Of a stretch of 64,000 bases of DNA, positions 9,404 to 19,950 are shown one piece after another. Under the pieces are notes generated by a model, which had not been told where the DNA came from, searched no databases, and saw nothing but the letters and a program-made list of their open reading frames with translations. Numbering within the stretch: position 1 is the stretch's first letter; every line of letters begins with the position of its first letter. Source of the stretch: an uncultured Chroococcidiopsis sp. (lineage in GTDB: Bacteria > Cyanobacteriota > Cyanobacteriia > Cyanobacteriales > Chroococcidiopsidaceae); assembly GCA_964248365.1 (NCBI GenBank), contig CAXTYC010000001.1, positions 288,001 through 352,000 on the forward strand. Reading direction: 5' to 3'. Both the position numbers and the translations under genes were made by a program.

Positions 9404-10621
9404 CTAAGATTTATGATCAAGGCGAATAGCTTCCTCTAAAGCTGATTTCTCTCTAGATCTTTCGACATATGGTTGTAATTTTGTTAAATTCCAGCCTGTA
9501 ATAATACTCAAATTCTCTAAACTAATTCCCTTCATCAACATTTCTACACACCACGTCTGTTGAGCTTGTTCAATTGCTGGTTGTTGTCCTTCTGGAGTTA
9601 ATATTCCTTCCGTTAATACTTGCCAGCGTGACTGTATTTCTAATTCGGAAATTGGCATTCCATCATCGTTTAAAAATAATGCCCAATGCTCATCTTTTCG
9701 ACTTTTAAGCCATTGGGTTAGGGGATTACGAGTATAGGAACCGTAGCGCTTACCCATGATCCACTGATTGACTGGAACTTGTCGAAAGGGTTGTTGAGCA
9801 ATCTGCAATAAGTGCTGATTGCTATCGCTTATTTGATGCGATCGCTCTAACTTAACAATTTCTGCTGGTGATAAACCTGCTCCAAATAATACATACATTA
9901 ATGCATAATCTCGCAGTCCAGATTTTTTGGCTTTTTGCAGAATTGAGTGAACCCCTTTTGCAGGTAAATCTATAACTTTCGTTTCCAGGCTGCGCTGGGG
10001 AACGAGGGAAGAGGGAGAATCTTCTAGCACAGCATTGTTTAAAAACAGCGCTACCAAATTCTCTAAAAATTCATCTCTATCACGCCAAAGTTCGTGAGAT
10101 TCACTGGTAAATTCAATTACGGCATACCCCAACAGCATAATATTGAGTAAGCTTGCTAGCTTTTCAGGTGGTAATTGGGTATGTAATTGCTCTTTTTCCA
10201 TTACCATTGCTAAATATTCGGCAACATAGCCGTTAGCTTCGGTTAAACCTTGTCCTAGTGCTTGACGATTTTCTATCGGATACTTCCTCGCCTCACCCAA
10301 TATCGATAGCAATAATTCTGGGATTTGTTCTAGCGTCTGCAAGCGATCGCTGGCATAATTTTTCAGAGCTTCATATACACTACTAGTTTGATTTGCCTGT
10401 TGTTGTAAGGATTCTCTCAACCCTTGAAAGACGGCTGATTCTGAAATTACTGCCAAGAGCAATCCGTGCTTGTTGCCAAAGTGCCGAAATAACGTCACTT
10501 CATTAACTTTCGCTAATTCTGCAATCTGTTTAGTTGTCGTTTCCGTAACTCCCCCAACGGCGAATAACTCCAAAGCTGCATTGATTAGTCGCACTCGTGT
10601 TGAATTTGTTTGAGCAGGCAT
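9404..10621 (-). CDS. TetR-family regulator fused to a degenerate tyrosine-recombinase catalytic domain
   Basis: N-terminal TetR HTH (TTTKQIAELAKVNEVTLFRHFGNK); C-terminal LRDYALMYVLFGAGLSPAEI...LFLN...TGW...LQPY integrase-like boxes. Confidence 0.8.
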   Translation of the reverse strand: MPAQTNSTRVRLINAALELFAVGGVTETTTKQIAELAKVNEVTLFRHFGNKHGLLLAVISESAVFQGLRESLQQQANQTSSVYEALKNYASDRLQTLEQIPELLLSILGEARKYPIENRQALGQGLTEANGYVAEYLAMVMEKEQLHTQLPPEKLASLLNIMLLGYAVIEFTSESHELWRDRDEFLENLVALFLNNAVLEDSPSSLVPQRSLETKVIDLPAKGVHSILQKAKKSGLRDYALMYVLFGAGLSPAEIVKLERSHQISDSNQHLLQIAQQPFRQVPVNQWIMGKRYGSYTRNPLTQWLKSRKDEHWALFLNDDGMPISELEIQSRWQVLTEGILTPEGQQPAIEQAQQTWCVEMLMKGISLENLSIITGWNLTKLQPYVERSREKSALEEAIRLDHKS

Positions 10622-10630
10622 CGGTTAAAG

Positions 10631-10697
10631 ATGCAAGTAACGCTTGCATTTAAAAGAAATCTCTGTTAGGCTAACAGATGTAAGTAGCACTTGCATC
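10631..10697. promoter_or_regulatory. Two imperfect palindromes, putative TetR operators in the divergent tetR/desC promoter
   Basis: ATGCAAGTAACGCTTGCAT (10631-10649) and GATGTAAGTAGCACTTGCATC (10677-10697). Confidence 0.65.
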
Positions 10698-10847
10698 TAC
10701 TTCTACTGTAGCTGGCGATCGCCAGTTACCACAGTAGGGGATAGCGGAGGGATTGATTTTTACATCGTTTTTCAAAGCGACCAGGTAAAATCCCCCTTTC
10801 TTGGTGCAAAACGTCATTTTACGGTATTCATTCAAAAGGAAATATCT

Positions 10848-11690
10848 ATGACCACATACTCAGGTGTAGCTGAGGGTAAGCAGCAGCTTGCTCTAAGCTG
10901 GATCAACGTGGCTTTTTTTGGTACAATTCACGCCTTGGCAATGCTTGCTCCCTGGTTTTTTTCCTGGTCTGCTTTGGGAGTAATGATATTCCTGCACTGG
11001 TTGTTTGGCAGTATTGGTATTTGTTTAGGATATCACAGGCTTTTGACTCACCGCAGTTTGCAGATTGCTCCCAAGTGGTTGGAATATGCGATCGCTACCT
11101 TGGGTGCGCTTGCTATCCAAGGAGGACCAATTTTTTGGGTGGCTGGACATCGACTACATCATGCTCATACAGAAGATGTAGACAAAGATCCCTACTCTGC
11201 CAAGCGGGGTTTTTGGTGGAGTCATATGGGATGGCTTCTTTACTCACGTCCAGAGTTTTTTGAATACGAAAGTTATAAAAAATACGCCCCCGATCTAGAC
11301 CGCGATCCATTCTATCGTTGGCTAAATCGCAACTACTTGCTACTCCAAATTCCCGTTGGCATCCTATTATATGCTTTGGGCGGATGGTCTTTTGTAATTT
11401 ATGGTGTATTCCTCCGCGCAGTATTGCTTTGGCATAGCACCTGGCTAATTAACTCCGCATCCCACATACGCGGTTATCGTAATTTCCAGGTGGAGGACAA
11501 CTCTCGTAATTTATGGTGGGCTGCTCTTTTAACTTATGGAGAAGGTTGGCACAACAATCATCACGCTCACCCCAATGTCGCACCAGCCGGAAGGCATTGG
11601 TGGGAAATCGATATGACGATGTGGGCAATAAAAACTTTGCAGGCTTTGGGGTTAGCCAAGAAAGTGATCCTACCACCAACCCAAGTTTAA
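10848..11690 (+). CDS. desC: Delta-9 acyl-lipid desaturase
   Basis: His boxes YHRLLTH, HRLHH, WHNNHH; AAGGA SD before ATG at 10848. Confidence 0.85.
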   Translation: MTTYSGVAEGKQQLALSWINVAFFGTIHALAMLAPWFFSWSALGVMIFLHWLFGSIGICLGYHRLLTHRSLQIAPKWLEYAIATLGALAIQGGPIFWVAGHRLHHAHTEDVDKDPYSAKRGFWWSHMGWLLYSRPEFFEYESYKKYAPDLDRDPFYRWLNRNYLLLQIPVGILLYALGGWSFVIYGVFLRAVLLWHSTWLINSASHIRGYRNFQVEDNSRNLWWAALLTYGEGWHNNHHAHPNVAPAGRHWWEIDMTMWAIKTLQALGLAKKVILPPTQV

Positions 11691-12392
11691 GCTATTTGAA
11701 ATTCGTTAAATTCTCTAGCTCGATGTTTTCGCTTCGGGCTAGGTTTCTTTTTGCTCTTGCTTTTGTTTAAGTTTTCTGGTACTATTTTTATAATGGAGCT
11801 ATGGACTTTTATAAAAATTTTGCACAGATTCCCATTATAAAGTAAATCATATCATAACCCTCCAAACAAATCAAGAGAACCCGAAAAAAAGGGGCGCGAT
11901 GAATAAACTTGAATTGACTTGAGTTAATAATAACCTGTCCAAGCCGTCATTTGAAGGGATGCTTGGGATTCATGCAGGAAAACGGTCTAGTATTAATGCT
12001 TAATACTTAACTACTCTAACCTATCCTCACTTTTTGCAACTGTCTTGGAAAATATTGGGGGAGGCGAAGCCTTGCCAATTTTTCCGCAGAATTTCACCAG
12101 TTGACTTTGATGTAATGAGTGCTGTTGCGTATATCTTCACTTATTTAGCTTTAAGTTTTTATCTAAGTCCCGCTTAAAAGATGCACACTCAACAGTGCGT
12201 GGTGAATTAATCTGTCTTTGTTTATGTAAAGAAATATTTCTAGGTCTGCTGCTGGATCGGGAAATTTCACTTTGCCTTTGTATTTTAATCAGGAACAATC
12301 GTTTAACTGGTATGTGATTGTTAGCGCGATTGTTTTAACCTCAACTGAACTCAAGCTGACTGATTGACAAATTTCTCCTTTGGAGTAGCTAG

Positions 12393-13370
12393 ATGACACT
12401 TATTATTGGTACACAATTAGACGATACCCTTAGGGGAGGGAATGAAAGCGATCGCATCTTTGGTCTAGCTGGTAATGACAATCTATCTGGACTTGGGGGC
12501 GACGACGACTTATTTGGCGGAGACGGGAACGACACTTTAAATGGGAACGATGGTAGCGATCGCCTTTTTGGTCAAAATGGTATTGACCGGATAGACGGCG
12601 GGGCTGGTGACGACCTGATTCTGGGCGGGGCTGGTGATGACAACGTTGTTGGCTTTCCTGGCTTAGAAGGCGGCGCGGGGAATGACACAATACTCGGCGA
12701 GGATGGCAATGATGTTTTAAGAGGAGACATTGATCCTAGTCAAAGTGGTAATGACAACTTATTTGGAGGTAATGGCAATGACATCCTGTATGGCGAGGAT
12801 GGAAATGACTATTTAGCAGGGGAAGCGGGTAACGACATTCTATTTGCTGGAAATGGAAATGACTTATTATCTGGCGGGAACGATAATGACTCCTTAATCG
12901 GTGCGTTTGGTAATGACATATTAAGAGGAGGATCTGGAAATGATCGGCTTAATGGGGCTGGAGTTATTAATGGCTTTTCCCCCAATGCTCTTTCAAGTCG
13001 TGGCGCAGGGGAAATTGATATTCTAACAGGTGAAGCTGGATCAGACACCTTCGTACTTGGAGGAACCTTGCGGCTGGGCTATCCTAACATTCCTGAAAAT
13101 AGTCCCTCTTATAGGTTTAACGGAAATGATGACTATGCTCTAATTACTGACTTCAATAAAACTGAAGATTTTATTGAACTTAAAACGACTGCTGGAAATT
13201 CGATGCCTACAACAGTTGAATATAGCTTGGGTGCATCACCATCGGGTTTACCAGGAGGAACAGGAATATACGTTAACAACTTGGGGACACAACCCGATTT
13301 AATTGCCATCTTGCAAAATGTTTCGCCTGACTCTGTAAATCTCTCGGATTCCTACTTCAAATTTGTCTAG
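12393..13370 (+). CDS. Hemolysin-type (RTX) calcium-binding repeat protein, paralog 1
   Basis: Many GGxGxDxLx nonapeptides; shared C-terminal domain. Confidence 0.9.
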   Translation: MTLIIGTQLDDTLRGGNESDRIFGLAGNDNLSGLGGDDDLFGGDGNDTLNGNDGSDRLFGQNGIDRIDGGAGDDLILGGAGDDNVVGFPGLEGGAGNDTILGEDGNDVLRGDIDPSQSGNDNLFGGNGNDILYGEDGNDYLAGEAGNDILFAGNGNDLLSGGNDNDSLIGAFGNDILRGGSGNDRLNGAGVINGFSPNALSSRGAGEIDILTGEAGSDTFVLGGTLRLGYPNIPENSPSYRFNGNDDYALITDFNKTEDFIELKTTAGNSMPTTVEYSLGASPSGLPGGTGIYVNNLGTQPDLIAILQNVSPDSVNLSDSYFKFV

Positions 13371-13442
13371 CAACTAGTTCAAATTAGCCTCATGGTCAAG
13401 GTAGGGAAAAGGCGTTAAATTCCAGGTTCAGCCTAGCATTTT

Positions 13443-14408
13443 CTAGTTTCTAGGCTGAGCTTGGTCATGAGAGTATTTAAAACCTCCCACTTCTGCTAAT
13501 GTATATAAAGGTCTACCTTTGACTTCTTCGTAAATTCGCCCGATGTACTCGCCTAAAATCCCAATACTTACTAATTGGACAGCACCAAGAAAGAAAATTG
13601 CTACCAAAATAATGGTGTATCCAGTTAAAGGTGAATGGGGAACAAATAACCGCCAGTATAATACTAAAAGTGCCATGAAAATTGCCATTACGGCTGCTAG
13701 TAACCCCACATAAGTAGAGAGTCGTAAGGGAACTTTCGAGAAGGAAACCAAGCCATTCAAAGCTAATGCCAAAGATTTGCCAAAAGTATATTTTACTTCT
13801 CCAGCAAAGCGGGGATCTCGCTCAAACAGCACTGAAGTTTGTTGGAAACCAACCCAAGCACGTAATCCCCGTATATAGCGATTCCGTTCTGGCATAGAAT
13901 TGAGAACATCGACCACACGCCTATCCATTAAACAGAAATCACCTGTATCTGTGGGAATGTCTACGTCTGCAAGGCGCTTGAGTAAGCGGTAAAATAAATA
14001 GGCGCTACCGCGCTTGAACCAACTTTCTTTACGGCGTTGAATGCGTTGAGCGTAAACAACCTGATAACCTTGTCGCCACTTTTCAATCATGGCGGGGATG
14101 AGTTCTGGTGGATCTTGTAAGTCAGCATCTAGAATAATAATTACTTCACCAGCAGCGAAGTTTAAACCAGCAGTGACAGCAATTTGATGTCCGAAGTTAC
14201 GAGCTAAACTCAGATAGGAAACACGCGTGTCTTTTTGATGCAGTTCACGCATGATTTGCAAAGAGCGATCGCAGCTTCCATCATTCACTAAAATTAATTC
14301 CGCTCTACCATCTAACTGCTCAATTACCGCACTCATCCGCCGATACAATTGAGGCAGAATTTTTTCTTCGTTGTAAACCGGAATCACAAAAGAGTATCTA
14401 ACTGTCAT
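13443..14408 (-). CDS. Glycosyltransferase family 2 (GtrB/ArnC-like polyprenol-phosphate glycosyltransferase)
   Basis: [26 protein letters not shown]; two C-terminal TM helices. Confidence 0.92.
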   Translation of the reverse strand: MTVRYSFVIPVYNEEKILPQLYRRMSAVIEQLDGRAELILVNDGSCDRSLQIMRELHQKDTRVSYLSLARNFGHQIAVTAGLNFAAGEVIIILDADLQDPPELIPAMIEKWRQGYQVVYAQRIQRRKESWFKRGSAYLFYRLLKRLADVDIPTDTGDFCLMDRRVVDVLNSMPERNRYIRGLRAWVGFQQTSVLFERDPRFAGEVKYTFGKSLALALNGLVSFSKVPLRLSTYVGLLAAVMAIFMALLVLYWRLFVPHSPLTGYTIILVAIFFLGAVQLVSIGILGEYIGRIYEEVKGRPLYTLAEVGGFKYSHDQAQPRN

Positions 14409-14685
14409 CAACAATTTTATTTGTCGCGCACCTTTTTTTCAGGTTCTCTTGAATTGTTTATGTTAATCTGATATGATTTGCTTGATAATGGAAATCTGTG
14501 CTAAATATTTAAAATGCGAAATATTTGCATTATAAAAATGATACCTGGAAAGTGAGAAAAAATCAAGCGCAACAGCCAAAAAAATCGAATTTTTTTTGGC
14601 AAATCTCTAAAATCACCAGATCGAATTGGGAATTGATCTTTCTTCCCCTGCCCAAACAAAGATAAGTATTCAACAAAGGACGAAA

Positions 14686-16035
14686 TTAGCGTCCCAACTT
14701 ATTAGGAATTCCTTCGCAACCGCCTGGAATTGTGTGTCTAGTTTTTTCACCTCCCCAAGCGCAGCAATAGTAACGCATTGACTCAGACATCCGTTGTACA
14801 TCGGTAAAATCAGCGTTTTCGACTACCGCCCCAGTGTTTTCACCAGTTTCATAGTTTGGCGGCTGATTGTGGCTGCGAGGAGTGGCAGTTTCAGCCCGAC
14901 CATAGAATAAACGAGTTCCCTTGAAGTCAACACCGACTAGTTGAGCTTCATATAAGATAGCGCGGGAAAAGTTAGCCTTGATTAAATCACAGCGGCTGAG
15001 ATTGGCGCGGACAAGATTAGCTTCGCTCAGATCTGTCCAACGTAGATCAGTACCGGAAAGATCGGCAGCAGCCAGCATCACGCCCAAGTCAATCACGCGC
15101 ACACCATAAATGCGGTCTTCGGAATAGCCACCGTAACCATTGAGAATTGCTCGACCTAGGCGCGAGTCACGCTGTAAGGGAGTCAGCAACTTTGATTGGG
15201 ATAAAAAGCGGATAATTTTGGCTTTACCGCTAGCATCTACACTACTGAGAATGGCGGCGGTGCGTCCTTGTGCGATCGCGCGTTCTTGGGGCCAATCTTC
15301 TAGCATTCCTTCTTCATCCAATACCAAATCAGAGATACCTTGAAAATAGGAATCGATTGTCTGTTGCTGGGTAATTAGATTTTGCTGCAAAGTCAGCAGG
15401 TTTTGCTGAATAGTCAATTCTTTAGAAATAATGTACTGTCGCCAAGCAACGTAAACAGCAATAATAGCAATTAGAATTTGCCCCAAAGCGCCAAACCATT
15501 CTGCCAACGAACCAAAAGCATCCCACTTAATCCAACTACCCCAAGCTAGGAAACGGCGACTAACACCAGTAAGATTAAATATACCGAGCAGGGCTGCTGC
15601 AAATCCCAAGATAGCGATAAAAATTGAGCGTTCTTGAGGTGAAAAGAACTCTGCTACTGCTTTTGTTAACCAAGGGAAAAGTATCGCTACTGATAGTAGC
15701 AAAGCAAAGCTAGTTCCCAACAAGCCGATTAAGAAGTTATTGATAGCTAGCCCGAAGAAAACAATTGCGATCGCTACCAAGGTAAGCAGCGAAGCTCTGG
15801 GGTTAGCCGTTCGCAAGCTAGCAGGCGAATTTACAGTAATACTCCCAGATGGGGGGCTTTGTTGGGTTTGGAGTGCGGATATCGCTGTTAAAGCTTGCTG
15901 AGTCACCAAATTTTCGCTGGAGGGAGCATGATCGCTCACACCGTCATCAACACGCCCGTTGGGTAAATCAGTCGGTGCGATCGCTTGGGCGTTAGGGGTT
16001 GATGTGTCGTTATGAGAGTTATTGTTACTGGTCAT
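14686..16035 (-). CDS. Membrane protein with pentapeptide repeats
   Basis: Several TM segments; ADLSG/TDLRW/TDLSE/ANLVR/ANLSR repeats. Confidence 0.85.
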   Translation of the reverse strand: MTSNNNSHNDTSTPNAQAIAPTDLPNGRVDDGVSDHAPSSENLVTQQALTAISALQTQQSPPSGSITVNSPASLRTANPRASLLTLVAIAIVFFGLAINNFLIGLLGTSFALLLSVAILFPWLTKAVAEFFSPQERSIFIAILGFAAALLGIFNLTGVSRRFLAWGSWIKWDAFGSLAEWFGALGQILIAIIAVYVAWRQYIISKELTIQQNLLTLQQNLITQQQTIDSYFQGISDLVLDEEGMLEDWPQERAIAQGRTAAILSSVDASGKAKIIRFLSQSKLLTPLQRDSRLGRAILNGYGGYSEDRIYGVRVIDLGVMLAAADLSGTDLRWTDLSEANLVRANLSRCDLIKANFSRAILYEAQLVGVDFKGTRLFYGRAETATPRSHNQPPNYETGENTGAVVENADFTDVQRMSESMRYYCCAWGGEKTRHTIPGGCEGIPNKLGR

Positions 16036-16129
16036 GCTTAATATTTTGGCAGCAGAGTGTTAATGCAACATCTGCTTTATGGTAATGGGCATGGTATACC
16101 ATGCCCCAAGTGTGATCGCTTGGGATAAA

Positions 16130-19100
16130 TTATTCTTGTGAATAAGCCTCCATTGGTAAACAAGAGCAGACAAAATTGCGATCGCCATAAGCGTTATCAA
16201 TTCGTCCCACACTAACCCAGAACTTATGCTCTCTCGTCCAAGGTGCAGGATATGCCGCTTGTTCACGCGAGTAGGGATGTTCCCATTCACTTACCAGCAA
16301 GCATGAGGCAGTGTGGGGGGCGTTTTTGAGCAAATTATCTGCCATATCTACTTTACCCGCTTCAATTTCGGCTATTTCCTGACGGATACTAATCATCGCA
16401 TCACAAAAACGATCCAATTCTGACTTAGATTCGCTTTCTGTTGGTTCCACCATCATCGTACCTGCGACGGGCCAAGAAACAGTAGGAGCATGAAAACCGT
16501 AGTCCATTAACCGTTTAGCAATGTCATCAACTTCGATGAGGGCAGACTTTTTGAGCGATCGCAGATCCAGAATACACTCGTGTGCCACAAAACCTCTTTT
16601 ACCCTTATACAAAACTGGATAGTAAGGTTCTAACCTACGAGCGATGTAATTAGCGTTGAGAATTGCCACTTTGGTCGCTTCTGTCAGACCATCTGCCCCC
16701 ATCATGGCAATATACATCCAAGAGATTGTTAGGATGCTAGCACTACCCCAAGGTGCAGCGGCAACAGCGCCTACGGATTTTGGATTTTGGATTTTGGATT
16801 TTGGATTACTAGCGTTGGCTTGGATAATAGAGGTATCAGGTAAGAAAGGTACAAGATGGGGTGCTACGCCAATTGGTCCCATACCAGGTCCACCGCCGCC
16901 GTGAGGGATGCAGAAAGTTTTATGCAGATTTAGATGACAAACATCTGCCCCAAAATCCCCAGGACGGCATAGCCCCACAATCGCATTCATATTTGCTCCA
17001 TCCATGTATACTTGCCCACCATAGGCATGGACGATCGCGCAAATATCTTTAATTTGCTCCTCAAAGACACCGTGAGTCGAGGGATATGTCACCATCAAGG
17101 CAGCAAGTTCATGACTGTGTTTTTCTGCCTTAGCCTTCAGATCATCTAAGTCAACATTGCCTTGTGTATCACAGGCGATCGCTACTACCTTCATTCCTGC
17201 CATCACAGCACTAGCCGGATTAGTCCCATGTGCAGATTGAGGAATTAGACAGACATTGCGATCGCCCTCACCCCGACTTTGATGATATTGACGAATTACC
17301 AATAATCCTGTATACTCGCCTTGCGAACCAGCATTTGGCTGTAGCGAGACACCTGCAAAACCAGTAATTTCAGCCAACCATTCTTCTAACTGCTGGAATA
17401 GAATTTGATAACCCTGTGTTTGTGAAAGAGGGGCGAAAGGATGAATATTGCCAAATTCTGCCCAAGTTACAGGCATCATCTCAGCCGTTGCATTCAGCTT
17501 CATCGTGCAGGAACCCAGGGGAATCATCGATGTAGTTAGCGACAAATCCTTTGCCTGCAAGCGATACAAGTAGCGTAACAGTTCCGTTTCCGAGTGATAA
17601 CGGTTGAATACCGAATGAGTTAGATAGCTGCTTGTGCGGATGAGAGAATTTTGAATTTGTAGGGGCGAGTTTTTCTTTGATTTCTGGTTGCTTACAGACT
17701 TGTCTGATAAACCCGCTTCTACTTCTACCTGATTTTCGAGTTCTTCAATAGTGAAGGGTAGAGAATCTGTAAGTGCGAAAATTTCAAACAGATCGATTAA
17801 GTCTTTTTGCGTAGTGGTTTCATCTAGTGAGATGCCTATAGTGGTTGCATCCAAAGTTCTTAAGTTAATTTTCCGAGCAAGGGCTGCTTCTATAATTTCT
17901 AATAAAGTGCGATCGCCTATTTCCACGCGCAATGTATCAAAGAAAAATTCTGAACCAATGCCATATCCCAGACGCTTGAGTCCTTGCGCTAATATGACAC
18001 TCAGTTTGTGTATGCGTAAGGCAATGCTTTTAAGTCCAACAGCACCATGATAAACAGCATACATACTAGCCATTACAGCTAGCAACACCTGAGCTGTACA
18101 GATGTTACTAGTAGCTTTATCGCGGCGGATATGCTGTTCGCGGGTTTGTAGTGCTAGACGCAAGGCTGGTTTACCATGAACATCTTTCGAGACACCAACA
18201 ATTCGCCCTGGAACTTGCCGCTTGTATTCTTCTTTCGTAGCAAAATAAGCTGCATGAGGACCACCATACCCCAAAGGTATACCAAAGCGTTGGGTACTTC
18301 CCACAGCAATATCAGCCCCAAATTCTCCAGGCGGAGTAAGTAAAGTTAAGCTCAAAGGATCTGCTGCTACAGTAACTAAAGCACCATTTGCATGAGCTTG
18401 TTCTATAAACTCTCGGTAATCATAAATCGTGCCTGAGCTAGCTGGATATTGCAAAAGTACCCCAAACACAGGCACATCAAACTTAAATGTTTGATGATCT
18501 GCAACAATTACCTTAATCCCTAGTGGGTTGGCACGGGTTTGCACTACTTCAATTGTTTGGGGATGACAAGCGCTAGAAACAAAGAATGCTTGGTCCTTAT
18601 TTTTAGCCAGCCCATAACTCATCGTCATAGCTTCGGCGGCGGCTGTTGCTTCGTCTAGCAAAGAAGCATTAGCAATTTCCAAGCCAGTTAAATCTATAAT
18701 CATGGTTTGGAAATTGAGCAACGCTTCCAATCGTCCCTGAGAAATTTCCGGCTGATAGGGAGTGTAAGCGGTGTACCAGCCAGGATTTTCTAGAATATTG
18801 CGCCTGATTACTGGTGGGGTAATGCAGTCATAATATCCCATACCGATGAACGACCGGAACACCTGATTTTTTGAGGCAATTTCTTTCAACTCGGCTAATG
18901 CAGCATATTCGCTGCGTTCGGTTGAGAGCGAAAGCGACAGCTTTTGTCGAATTGCCTGTGGTACTGTTTGGTCAATTAGAGCCTCAAGATTGGGAAGCCC
19001 TAACACATCGAGCATTTGTTGGACTTCATCTGGGTTAGGACTTATGTGCCTTTGTCGAAAAGCGATCGACAAATCTCCTATTTGTCCTGATTGCTGATTA

Positions 19101-19135
19101 ATAGACTCGATATGATGAGGGCTGTAAAGTACCAC
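16130..19135 (-). CDS. gcvP: Glycine dehydrogenase (decarboxylating), P protein
   Basis: [25 protein letters not shown] lysine, [11 protein letters not shown] at 19135 with GGGAGAG SD (alternative start 19153). Confidence 0.97.
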   Translation of the reverse strand: MVLYSPHHIESINQQSGQIGDLSIAFRQRHISPNPDEVQQMLDVLGLPNLEALIDQTVPQAIRQKLSLSLSTERSEYAALAELKEIASKNQVFRSFIGMGYYDCITPPVIRRNILENPGWYTAYTPYQPEISQGRLEALLNFQTMIIDLTGLEIANASLLDEATAAAEAMTMSYGLAKNKDQAFFVSSACHPQTIEVVQTRANPLGIKVIVADHQTFKFDVPVFGVLLQYPASSGTIYDYREFIEQAHANGALVTVAADPLSLTLLTPPGEFGADIAVGSTQRFGIPLGYGGPHAAYFATKEEYKRQVPGRIVGVSKDVHGKPALRLALQTREQHIRRDKATSNICTAQVLLAVMASMYAVYHGAVGLKSIALRIHKLSVILAQGLKRLGYGIGSEFFFDTLRVEIGDRTLLEIIEAALARKINLRTLDATTIGISLDETTTQKDLIDLFEIFALTDSLPFTIEELENQVEVEAGLSDKSVSNQKSKKNSPLQIQNSLIRTSSYLTHSVFNRYHSETELLRYLYRLQAKDLSLTTSMIPLGSCTMKLNATAEMMPVTWAEFGNIHPFAPLSQTQGYQILFQQLEEWLAEITGFAGVSLQPNAGSQGEYTGLLVIRQYHQSRGEGDRNVCLIPQSAHGTNPASAVMAGMKVVAIACDTQGNVDLDDLKAKAEKHSHELAALMVTYPSTHGVFEEQIKDICAIVHAYGGQVYMDGANMNAIVGLCRPGDFGADVCHLNLHKTFCIPHGGGGPGMGPIGVAPHLVPFLPDTSIIQANASNPKSKIQNPKSVGAVAAAPWGSASILTISWMYIAMMGADGLTEATKVAILNANYIARRLEPYYPVLYKGKRGFVAHECILDLRSLKKSALIEVDDIAKRLMDYGFHAPTVSWPVAGTMMVEPTESESKSELDRFCDAMISIRQEIAEIEAGKVDMADNLLKNAPHTASCLLVSEWEHPYSREQAAYPAPWTREHKFWVSVGRIDNAYGDRNFVCSCLPMEAYSQE

Positions 19136-19269
19136 AAATAGCTCTCCCGACACAACTACTTAATATTCTGCAACAATTTTTTGAATACTAGGGAATAGCG
19201 ATTTTAGATTTTAGATTCCAATCCAAAATCCGTCGAGGATGCGTTTGGCGGGACGGAAACCGACACCGC

Positions 19270-19315
19270 CACGCCAGTTCGCTCAACGGGGGGAACCCCC
19301 GCACATGACTGGCTC
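19270..19315 (+). repeat. Small dispersed hairpin repeat nested in (CCAAAAT)n STRR
   Basis: CACGCCAGTTCGCTCAACG...CTGGCTC; related inverted copy at 54994-55041. Confidence 0.65.
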
Positions 19316-19358
19316 AACTTTCCCCAAAATCCAAAATCCAAAATTGATTCGCCCCTAA

Positions 19359-19748
19359 TCACTCCCCTTCTACCTGAGCACGATATTCATCCGCAGATAA
19401 AGCATCATCTGCTTGGCTCGGATCATCGACGCGCACTTTCAGCAACCAACCTTCACCATAGGGATCGGATGCTACTTGCTCTGGTGAATCGACAACGGCA
19501 TCATTGCGTTCTATAACTGTACCAGTGACAGCACAGTAAAGGTCTTCAACAGCTTTAACTGATTCAACTGAACCGAAAGTTTCTCCCTTGGTAACAGCAT
19601 CACCAACTTCTGGTAATTCTAAAAACACAATGTCACCCAATTGATCCACGGCAAAAGCACTGATGCCAATTGTGGCAATGTCGCCATCGAGCCGCACATA
19701 CTCATGGGAGTCTAGGTATTTTAGGTCACTCGGATATTCCAGGCTCAT
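19359..19748 (-). CDS. gcvH: Glycine cleavage system H protein
   Basis: VESVKAV lipoyl-lysine motif, DPYGEGWL. Confidence 0.97.
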   Translation of the reverse strand: MSLEYPSDLKYLDSHEYVRLDGDIATIGISAFAVDQLGDIVFLELPEVGDAVTKGETFGSVESVKAVEDLYCAVTGTVIERNDAVVDSPEQVASDPYGEGWLLKVRVDDPSQADDALSADEYRAQVEGE

Positions 19749-19860
19749 CTTAACTCCTCAATCTGCGTTTAAATATATTTAACAGCCATTAAGTTTACAG
19801 CTTGTAGCGGGGCAACTAGTATAAGGAGGCTAGGGGCTAGAGGAACCAGAGGAACCAGAA

Positions 19861-19911
19861 AAAAGGGAAAAGGGTAAAGGGTAAAGGGTAAAGGGTAAAG
19901 GGTAAAGGGTA
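19861..19911. repeat. Heptamer STRR tract (AAAGGGT)n
   Basis: Tandem heptamers; similar tracts near 24860-24907, 28300-28380, 33620-33730, 35397-35600, 41165-41260, 60050-60147, 61430-61620. Confidence 0.85.
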
Positions 19912-19950
19912 ATTTCCCCCCCAGCTCCCCTTTGCTCCCCCAGCTCTCTT

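Noticed and set aside
9404..9920. Active integrase marking a prophage or genomic island
   Set aside because: The catalytic Arg and HxxR are missing, the domain is fused to TetR, and no att sites or phage genes are present.
10644..10847. N-terminal extension of desC in the ORF track
   Set aside because: It overlaps the operator region; desaturase-like sequence and the SD begin at ATG 10848.
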